Of a stretch of 64,000 nucleotides of DNA, positions 56,005-64,000 are shown piece by piece. This DNA comes from an uncultured Thermodesulfobacteriota bacterium (GTDB lineage: Bacteria > Desulfobacterota > GWC2-55-46 > JADFVP01): assembly GCA_964510775.1 (NCBI GenBank), contig CAZEBZ010000001.1, positions 21,608 through 85,607 on the forward strand. Direction: 5' to 3'. The stretch's first letter is position 1. Each line of letters opens with the position of its first letter. Under the pieces are notes generated by a model. That model did not search any database and had not been told where the DNA came from. It saw nothing but the letters and a program-made list of their open reading frames with translations. The translations under genes and the position numbers were made by a program.

Positions 56005-57306
56005 ATGATTACAGTAGTCTCTTTTGTCATTGTACTTGGCGTTCTTATCTTCATTCATGAGCTTGGTCACTTTACCGTAGCAAAATTAAGCAACATCAAG
56101 GTTGAAAAATTCTCTCTTGGTTTTGGCCCAAAGCTAATAGGTTTCACAAAGGGCGAGACTGAGTATATGCTTAGCCTGCTGCCTCTTGGCGGATATGTGA
56201 AGATGATAGGCGAGGCCCCCGGTGAAGAGGTTCTGCCTGAGAACAAGGGCCGCTCTTTTGCCGACAAGAGTCCTCTAAACAGGGCGATATTAATAGCCGC
56301 AGGCCCTGTAATGAACCTCGTCCTTGCCCTTGTGCTCTTTCCACTTATCTATATCGTCGGCATTGAGGTGCCCGCCTACCTTGAGAAACCCGCAAGCGTT
56401 GGTTTTGTATATAAAGACAGCCCCGCAGAGAAGGCAGGTATTCAAAAAGGCGATACTATTCTTGCCATAGACGGAGAGAATACCGCCACGTGGGAGGATT
56501 TTATCACTACCACTACGATGAACCCCTCAAAGGCCCTTCAACTCTCTATCCGCCGCGGAGCTAAGACTATAAAGGCGACGCTTAACGCCGGTGCATCGGC
56601 AACTACCGGTGCTGGTACTGTCGGAGTTCTGCCGCAGATGCCGGCGGTAATCAGTATTGTTAATAAAGATTACCCCGCTTATAAGGCAGGGCTTCGCCCC
56701 GGTGATGAGATACTTGCCGTGAACGGCGTCACTATAAATCACTGGATAGAGCTCGAATCACATGTAAGCAAGGATAAGGCGAGTAAAAAATTTACTATCA
56801 AGAGGGGTGAGAAGACCTTTGACGTTGTTATAACGCCGCGAGCCTCTACAGATGGGAAAAAGTTCCTCATAGGCGTATCAAGAGAGGAGGAGAGGGCGCT
56901 TAAACAATACGGTGTTGGTGAGTCTGTAGTAAAGGGGCTCTCTACATCTGTTGAAATGACGGAGAAGCTCTTTCTTGTAATAAAGGGACTTGTTGTTGGT
57001 CAGTACTCACTAAAGACCCTCGGCGGCCCTATTATGATAGCGCAGGTGGCAGGCCGTGCAGCCCATGAGGGCCTCTCTGATATACTCTCACTTGTGGCTT
57101 TCCTAAGCCTTCAGCTCGGTATAATAAATCTCTTTCCCATACCCGTGCTTGACGGCGGTCATATTATGTTTCTTGCCGTTGAGTCTGTTAAGGGCAAACC
57201 CCTTAGCGACAAGTTTATGGGCGTGGCGCAGCAGATAGGTATTGCCCTTATAATAACCCTCATGGTTCTTGTTACATATAATGACATTTTTCGTATCTTG
57301 AGCTGA
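56005..57306 (+). CDS. rseP: RIP zinc metalloprotease RseP (site-2 protease) with tandem PDZ domains
   Basis: 433 aa; HELGH zinc motif in TM1; two PDZ segments; C-terminal LDGG motif. Confidence 0.9.
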   Translation: MITVVSFVIVLGVLIFIHELGHFTVAKLSNIKVEKFSLGFGPKLIGFTKGETEYMLSLLPLGGYVKMIGEAPGEEVLPENKGRSFADKSPLNRAILIAAGPVMNLVLALVLFPLIYIVGIEVPAYLEKPASVGFVYKDSPAEKAGIQKGDTILAIDGENTATWEDFITTTTMNPSKALQLSIRRGAKTIKATLNAGASATTGAGTVGVLPQMPAVISIVNKDYPAYKAGLRPGDEILAVNGVTINHWIELESHVSKDKASKKFTIKRGEKTFDVVITPRASTDGKKFLIGVSREEERALKQYGVGESVVKGLSTSVEMTEKLFLVIKGLVVGQYSLKTLGGPIMIAQVAGRAAHEGLSDILSLVAFLSLQLGIINLFPIPVLDGGHIMFLAVESVKGKPLSDKFMGVAQQIGIALIITLMVLVTYNDIFRILS

Positions 57307-57355
57307 GCCTTTTACGCGGCTGCGGCAGTGTAATTACAGAAGGAAGATAAAAGAC

Positions 57356-58078
57356 TTGATACTCGCTATTGATACATCCTCTGTATCAGGCAGCATAGCC
57401 CTTGTTGAGGGTGGTCGCCTTGTAAGCGAACGAACTGTAGGTGATGCCGGCCCACATGCAAAGTGGCTTCTCGGTAACATTGCCGACCTCTGTCAAAAGA
57501 GCGATATAGGCCTTGATAAGATCGACGTCTTCGCCGTCTCCGTAGGGCCAGGTTCTTTTACGGGGCTGCGTATTGGGCTGACTACTGTAAAAGGCCTTGC
57601 ATGGTCAGTTAATAAGCCTGTTGCAGGTGTATCCACATTAAAAGCCCTCGCCCTTAACGCTCCTTTTGCCGGTATGCCAGTATGTACCATACTTGACGCC
57701 CGTAAATCCGAGGTTTACTCGGCCTTATTTTCTTTTAGCGGCGGTTCCTGTGAGACACTTCTTCGCCCTGCTGCCATAACACCGCAGAACCTTCTTCAGC
57801 GTCTCGAAGAACTCGTCCCCGCACCAACGCCTGTTCTCTTTCTCGGCAGCGGCCTTGCCGTATACAGGGAGTTTATAGAGGGTAGCAGAGTAGGCGTTGT
57901 AGTTGCAAGAGAGCCGCTCTGGCATGTAAGGGCCTCAAATATCGCCTTCTTGGCACAAAACAAGGACTGTGAGGCAGTTTCAGCTATTAATCTTACACCT
58001 TTTTATCTCCGTAAATCAGAGGCCGAGCTGAGATTGAAGCAGAGCGTGCGGGCTTCTTTACCAACTAAGGCCTGTTGA
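57356..58078 (+). CDS. tsaB: tRNA threonylcarbamoyladenosine biosynthesis protein TsaB (YeaZ)
   Basis: 240 aa; MILAIDTSS...IALV N-terminus; TTG start. Confidence 0.8.
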   Translation: MILAIDTSSVSGSIALVEGGRLVSERTVGDAGPHAKWLLGNIADLCQKSDIGLDKIDVFAVSVGPGSFTGLRIGLTTVKGLAWSVNKPVAGVSTLKALALNAPFAGMPVCTILDARKSEVYSALFSFSGGSCETLLRPAAITPQNLLQRLEELVPAPTPVLFLGSGLAVYREFIEGSRVGVVVAREPLWHVRASNIAFLAQNKDCEAVSAINLTPFYLRKSEAELRLKQSVRASLPTKAC

Positions 58079-58197
58079 CAACTCTTTTCTTGTAAGTTAT
58101 GATAAGTACACTATATTAATGATCTCTTTAAAATAAAAAATCCCTCCAACCAAGGGGTTTATATCTTTATTGTTTTTTTTCATTCAAAGGAGGAGCC

Positions 58198-58416
58198 ATG
58201 CTGGAGCAGACGGAACTCGTAAAGAGACTTTTGGAGGAGAATGAGGCCTTTAAAAAAGCTTTTTTGGAGCATAAGGAATACAAGCAGAGGGTCTGGGAGC
58301 TGGAAAAAAAGGGTATCTTAAATGATAATGAGGTTCTTGAGGAAAAAAAGCTTAAGAAACTGAAACTCGCCTTAAAAGATGAGATGGAGCAGATGCTCTT
58401 GGCCGTAGAGGTATAG
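58198..58416 (+). CDS. DUF465 (YdcH-like) small coiled-coil protein
   Basis: 72 aa; RBS AAGGAGGAG; K/E-rich helical sequence with KKLKLALKDEM motif typical of DUF465. Confidence 0.6.
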   Translation: MLEQTELVKRLLEENEAFKKAFLEHKEYKQRVWELEKKGILNDNEVLEEKKLKKLKLALKDEMEQMLLAVEV

Positions 58417-58607
58417 GGCTGATTTTAGAGATATGTCTTGAATGCTTAGCTCAGGTATAAGGTCTCACTATCGTACGTAGAGTTTCTTGGTACGAGCCTT
58501 GAGTTGATGTAGAAGTTTTTTTTGAATTTAGCGGTAATAAATCCCTTTATGGGGATTTATCAAGTTTATGGCCCTTCTCGGGTGGGGCACAAGGACGGTA
58601 TTATTAA

Positions 58608-60266
58608 ATGAGTCAGAGAAGCGACAGGATTAAAAAAGGCCTTGAGAGGGTGCCTCATCGTGCCCTTATGTACGCAACGGGTGTGCCCAAGAAAGAGATG
58701 AAAAAACCCTTCATAGGTCTTGCCTCAAGTTTTACCGACCTTATTCCCGGCCATGTGGGCATGCGTGATATGGAGCGTTTTGTTGAAAAAGGCATTCACA
58801 CAGGCGGCGGTTATCCCTTTATCTTCGGTCTGCCCGGTGTATGTGACGGCATTGCCATGGGGCACAAGGGTATGCATTACTCACTGCCTCTACGCGACCT
58901 CATCGCCGACCTTGTAGAGAGCGTTGCCGAGGGGCACGCCCTTGACGGACTTATACTGCTTACGAACTGCGATAAGATAAGCCCCGGGATGCTAATGGCC
59001 GCCGCGAGGCTGAATATTCCATCAATTGTCGTCTCTGCCGGGCCCATGATGACAGGCAGGTACAGGGGGAAAAAACTCTCCCTTATACGCAATACCTTTG
59101 AGGCCATGGGACGTTTTAAGAACGGTGAGATAAGCTCTGATGAGTTAAATGCCTGCGAGATGGGCGCTTGTCCCGGTTCGGGGAGCTGTCAAGGTCTTTA
59201 TACGGCAAATACTATGAATTGCCTTACTGAGGCCATGGGTATGAGCCTGCCCTGGTGCGGTACGGCGCTCTCAGGCTCTGCCGAGAAGAGAAGAATCGCC
59301 TTTGAGAGCGGTGTTAAGATAGTGGAGCTTGTGCAAAAGCAGATTACGCCGCGTAAAATTCTTACAAAGGCGGCCTTTGAGAACGCTATACGAGTAGACC
59401 TTGCTCTTGGCGGCTCAAGCAACACCGTGCTGCATCTCCTTGCCATAGCGCACGAGGCGGGAGTGGAGCTGCCCCTTGAGCTATTTGATGAGATAAGCAA
59501 GACTACGCCTCATATAGCGTCGCTTGAGCCTGTTGGCGAGTATTACATGGAAGATCTGCACTGGGCAGGCGGTATCACGGCCGTGCTCTCAAGGCTAAAG
59601 GACTCCATTAAGGATAATCCCACGGTCTCAGGTAAGCGCATTAAGTCCATTATCTCTGCCTGTGATTATATTGATGATAATGTCTTAAGGCCTCTTAAGA
59701 GACCTCACCATAAAGAGGGCGGTATCGCTATCTTAAAGGGCAACCTCGCGCCTCTTGGAGCCGTTGTAAAGCAATCAGGGGTTAGCAGCGCAATGATGAG
59801 GTTCTCGGGACGGGCTCGTGTCTTTGATTCCGAGGAGCGTGCCATGAAGGCCATACTGAAAAAAGACATAAAAAAGGGCGATTGTATCGTCATCAGATAC
59901 GAGGGGCCAAAGGGCGGCCCCGGTATGAGAGAGATGCTCTCGCCAACGGCTACGCTTATGGGTATGGGGCTCGGTGATTCCGTGGCCCTTCTTACAGATG
60001 GAAGGTTCTCCGGCGGCACGCGCGGCCCCTGTGTTGGTCACATCTCCCCTGAGGCCATGGAGGGCGGCCCAATAGCCCTTGTAAAAGAGGGCGATCTGAT
60101 TGAGATGGATATACATAAGAGAACTCTGCAGCTTCGTGTTACTGAAGAGGAGCTTGAAAACAGACGAAAGGCATGGAAGGCGCCTGCGCCAAAGATTAAG
60201 TCCGGTTGGTTAAGCAGATACGCCCGTAATGTCACTTCCGCCAATACCGGGGCAGTTCAGATATAG
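58608..60266 (+). CDS. ilvD: dihydroxy-acid dehydratase
   Basis: 552 aa; ILVD/EDD family motifs incl. CDGIAMGH and Fe-S Cys ligands ([19 protein letters not shown]). Confidence 0.95.
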   Translation: MSQRSDRIKKGLERVPHRALMYATGVPKKEMKKPFIGLASSFTDLIPGHVGMRDMERFVEKGIHTGGGYPFIFGLPGVCDGIAMGHKGMHYSLPLRDLIADLVESVAEGHALDGLILLTNCDKISPGMLMAAARLNIPSIVVSAGPMMTGRYRGKKLSLIRNTFEAMGRFKNGEISSDELNACEMGACPGSGSCQGLYTANTMNCLTEAMGMSLPWCGTALSGSAEKRRIAFESGVKIVELVQKQITPRKILTKAAFENAIRVDLALGGSSNTVLHLLAIAHEAGVELPLELFDEISKTTPHIASLEPVGEYYMEDLHWAGGITAVLSRLKDSIKDNPTVSGKRIKSIISACDYIDDNVLRPLKRPHHKEGGIAILKGNLAPLGAVVKQSGVSSAMMRFSGRARVFDSEERAMKAILKKDIKKGDCIVIRYEGPKGGPGMREMLSPTATLMGMGLGDSVALLTDGRFSGGTRGPCVGHISPEAMEGGPIALVKEGDLIEMDIHKRTLQLRVTEEELENRRKAWKAPAPKIKSGWLSRYARNVTSANTGAVQI

Positions 60267-60488
60267 AGCCCTAACTATGGGGGGGGGAGCTATTAAGCTT
60301 ATGGTGAAAAAAACCTTATAATGGCAGTGTGATGATGATAAAGTTAAGTCTCTTCTGACTGAATTTTGTCTTGTTTCTTAGGTGGTTTACTCAATGATTA
60401 GGGGCTCTTTACCTTTGTTTAATATGCTGTGGCGGCCGCCTGTCATAAATTAGATAATAACTAAGTTAATATGTAATCAGGTGTATAA

Positions 60489-62198
60489 ATGACAAAGAAT
60501 ATGATGAAAACCGGGGCCGAGATATTTATCGAGAGCCTCCTTGCTGAAGACGTATCGACTATATTCGGTTTTCCCGGCGGCGCCGTGCTTCCCGTATATG
60601 ATGTCCTTTATGACGCGCCCCTTGAGCATATTCTCGTTCGTCATGAGCAGGGCGCAGTGCATATGGCCGATGGTTATGCCAGGGTCTCGGGCAAACCAGG
60701 TGTTGTTCTCGTAACATCAGGGCCTGGCGCGACTAATACTGTGACAGGTATTGCCACTGCTTATATGGATTCCATACCAATGGTCGTATTCAGCGGTCAG
60801 GTTCCAACGGCACTTATAGGCAACGACGCCTTTCAGGAGGCAGATATAGTCGGCATAACACGGCCCTGTACAAAGCACAACTATCTTGTGAAGGATGTAG
60901 CCGATCTTGCCGGTATCATTAAGGAAGCCTTTTATATCGCCACAACAGGCAGGCCCGGTCCTGTCCTTGTTGATATACCAAAAGATATCTTTAATGCAAG
61001 GCATCATTACGTCCAACCCGGCGAGGTGCATATACCGAGTTATCAGCCTACATACAAGGGACACCCCGGGCAGGTTAAGAAGGCACTTGATTTTATCTTA
61101 AAGTCAAAGCGTCCCGTAGTGTACGCCGGAGGCGGCGTGCTGTTATCAGACGCAGCAAAAGAATTGACGAAGTTCTCGGAAAAGCTCGGCATCCCTACGA
61201 CGACTACGCTCATGGGGCTTGGCGGTTTTCCCGGAACGCATCCCCTCTTCTTAGGGATGCTCGGCATGCACGGAACCTATGCCGCCAATATGGCCGTTAC
61301 GGATACGGATTGCCTTATAGCCATTGGTTCGCGTTTTGACGACCGCGTTACAGGCAAGATAGCGGAGTTCGCCCCTTACGCAGGTGTTGTGCATATTGAT
61401 ATTGACCCTACTTCCATCAGCAAGAACGTAAAGGTGGATATACCAATAGTCGGCGATGTTAAGAAAGTCTTAAAAGAGATGATTACGGCCCTTCCAAAGG
61501 CCGCTGAGCTCAAGAAGTTCAATGCCAATATCAGCGACTGGACTGCTGATATAAAAAAATGGTCTTCTGAACACAGCCTTACTTATGACAGGAGCGGCAA
61601 GGGGAATATAAAACCTCAGTACGTTATAGAGAAACTCTATGAGGCCACAAAGGGTGATGCCATAATAACCACAGAGGTAGGGCAGAATCAGATGTGGGCG
61701 GCGCAGTTTTATAAGTTTGACAAACCGCGCACATTTTTAACATCAGGCGGGCTCGGCACTATGGGGTATGGTTTTCCCGCGGCAATCGGCGCGCAGATAG
61801 CCTTTCCGAAAAAGACTGTTATTGACATAGCAGGCGACGGCTCTATACAGATGAACATTCAGGAGATAGCCACGGCAGTTCAGTACAGGCTTCCCGTAAT
61901 AGTCGCTATCCTTAACAACATGGTTCTTGGTATGGTAAGACAGTGGCAGGAGCTTTTTTATGATAAGAGATACTCCCATACCTGCATGTCCGTAGCACCG
62001 GATTATGTCAAGCTTGCCGAGGCGTACGGCGCCGCAGGCTTTAAAGTTACGGAGCAGGCCGATGTTGAGAAGGTCATAAAGAGCGCCTTGAAGATAAAGG
62101 ACAGGCCCATAATCATAGATTTTCGTGTAGAGCCCTTTGAGGGCGTCTATCCTATGGTGCCTGCCGGTCAGCCCCTTAACAAGATGCTCCTTGTATAA
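60489..62198 (+). CDS. ilvB: acetolactate synthase large subunit
   Basis: 569 aa; TPP enzyme N/M/C domains; [14 protein letters not shown]-binding motif. Confidence 0.95.
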   Translation: MTKNMMKTGAEIFIESLLAEDVSTIFGFPGGAVLPVYDVLYDAPLEHILVRHEQGAVHMADGYARVSGKPGVVLVTSGPGATNTVTGIATAYMDSIPMVVFSGQVPTALIGNDAFQEADIVGITRPCTKHNYLVKDVADLAGIIKEAFYIATTGRPGPVLVDIPKDIFNARHHYVQPGEVHIPSYQPTYKGHPGQVKKALDFILKSKRPVVYAGGGVLLSDAAKELTKFSEKLGIPTTTTLMGLGGFPGTHPLFLGMLGMHGTYAANMAVTDTDCLIAIGSRFDDRVTGKIAEFAPYAGVVHIDIDPTSISKNVKVDIPIVGDVKKVLKEMITALPKAAELKKFNANISDWTADIKKWSSEHSLTYDRSGKGNIKPQYVIEKLYEATKGDAIITTEVGQNQMWAAQFYKFDKPRTFLTSGGLGTMGYGFPAAIGAQIAFPKKTVIDIAGDGSIQMNIQEIATAVQYRLPVIVAILNNMVLGMVRQWQELFYDKRYSHTCMSVAPDYVKLAEAYGAAGFKVTEQADVEKVIKSALKIKDRPIIIDFRVEPFEGVYPMVPAGQPLNKMLLV

Positions 62199-62240
62199 TC
62201 TCCCAAAAACTCTTATATTTAACGTGGAGGATTAACTATA

Positions 62241-62720
62241 TTGCGTCATACTATTTCCGTCTTTGTGACAAACGAGTTCGGTGTTCTATCGAGGATAGCT
62301 GGGCTTTTTTCAGGCAGGGGCTTTAATATCGAGTCCCTTACCGTAGCACAGACTATGGACCCGAAGATTTCCCGCATGACCATTATAACAAGGGGTAATG
62401 ACAAGATTATCGAGCAGATAACCAAACAGCTCAATAAGCTTATCAGTGTTATAAAGGTTCATGATTTTACGAAGGAAAAACACATAGGGCGCGAGCTTGC
62501 CATGATAAAGGTCTCCTCCAAGGCAGAGAACAGAGCGGAGATACTTAGCATTGTGGAGATTTTCAGAGGTAGAATCCTTGATATCAGCCCGCGTAGCTAC
62601 ACCATTGAAATCACCGGCGACTGTGAGAAGATAGAGGCTATTACGGAGATACTGCGGCCCTTTGGAATTAAGGAAATCGCCCGCACCGGCAGCCTCGTAA
62701 TCGGCAGGAGCGTCAAGTAG
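62241..62720 (+). CDS. ilvN: acetolactate synthase small (regulatory) subunit
   Basis: 159 aa; ACT domain ISVFVTNEFGVLSRIAGLFSGRGFNIESLTV; TTG start with RBS GGAGG. Confidence 0.9.
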   Translation: MRHTISVFVTNEFGVLSRIAGLFSGRGFNIESLTVAQTMDPKISRMTIITRGNDKIIEQITKQLNKLISVIKVHDFTKEKHIGRELAMIKVSSKAENRAEILSIVEIFRGRILDISPRSYTIEITGDCEKIEAITEILRPFGIKEIARTGSLVIGRSVK

Positions 62721-62821
62721 TTTTTTTTAACCATGGATTTATCAACCCTTTTGGGTAACTTGAGTTCATGAATTTTAACGCCGCACTGCGGTACTTATAA
62801 AATAAGAGGAGGTTTTTTTAA

Positions 62822-63838
<1,017 letters not shown>

Positions 63839-63849
63839 TTCTTTCCCTC

Positions 63850-64000
63850 ATGGACGATACTGCCGGACATAAAAAACGAGCCCCATACGATAACGGAGGA
63901 GGGATAATACCCCTTGCTGTAGAGGGTTATCCCTTTATCCTTATTGCCCTTGTTATTACTATTGCCGTCTACTGGGCCTCAGATTCCCTGGTGGCAGGGG
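63850..64000 (+). CDS. psd: phosphatidylserine decarboxylase proenzyme, short (archaeal-type) form; 5' part only
   Basis: ORF open to window end; N-terminal EGYPFILIAL...TIAVYWA resembles short-form Psd (EGYPF followed by TM). Confidence 0.5.
   Translation, partial: MDDTAGHKKRAPYDNGGGIIPLAVEGYPFILIALVITIAVYWASDSLVAG

Noticed and set aside
58417-58607. Possible tRNA or T-box-like element upstream of ilvD (gcttagctcagg resembles a tRNA D-arm)
   Set aside because: No cloverleaf can be built: there is no matching acceptor stem, T-arm GTTC or anticodon arm. It is treated as an ordinary leader.

Overview
The window is a 64 kb chromosomal segment from an anaerobic, cytochrome-rich bacterium. Gene content and pilin sequence look Geobacter/Desulfuromonadota-like or similar to related sulfate/metal-reducing lineages; GC is about 50%. 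Most genes are on the + strand. Contents in order: (1) The 3' end of pgsA. (2) A membrane sensor kinase whose periplasmic domain carries a CxxCH heme-c motif. (3) A type IV pilus locus in Geobacter-like order pilB-pilT-pilC-pilS-pilR. Between pilR and pilA sits a multi-TM GT-C-like protein with a C-terminal TPR array. The pilin pilA has a Geobacter-like N-terminus, no cysteines, a sigma54 promoter and two tandem terminators. (4) A divergent minus-strand glycan cluster: radical SAM, GT9 heptosyltransferase, DPM1-like GT2, a TPP-dependent E1 beta/alpha pair, and a second radical SAM. (5) A GrdB/PrdB-family selenoprotein gene with an in-frame TGA followed by a SECIS-like hairpin. (6) rnfCDGEAB. 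(7) A System II cytochrome c maturation cluster: TPR protein, resB/ccsB, ccsA, tlpA/resA, ccdA and a glutaredoxin-like protein. (8) DUF4390-ntrY-ntrX, then an orphan sensor-less sigma54 activator. (9) yebC-ruvCAB. (10) An AT-rich, roughly 0.8 kb cassette encoding a wHTH+HNH nuclease and a small acidic ORF, bounded by perfect inverted palindromic repeats and preceded by two more copies of the same palindrome. It is the best candidate for a foreign or undescribed element. (11) queH, an archaeal-type SAM synthetase, a Nudix hydrolase, purL, purF and a secreted FGE/SUMF1-domain protein. (12) The conserved rpsB-tsf-pyrH-frr-uppS-cdsA-dxr-rseP block, tsaB and a DUF465 protein. (13) ilvD and ilvBNC, then the start of a short-form psd. 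No rRNA, tRNA or CRISPR arrays were seen.
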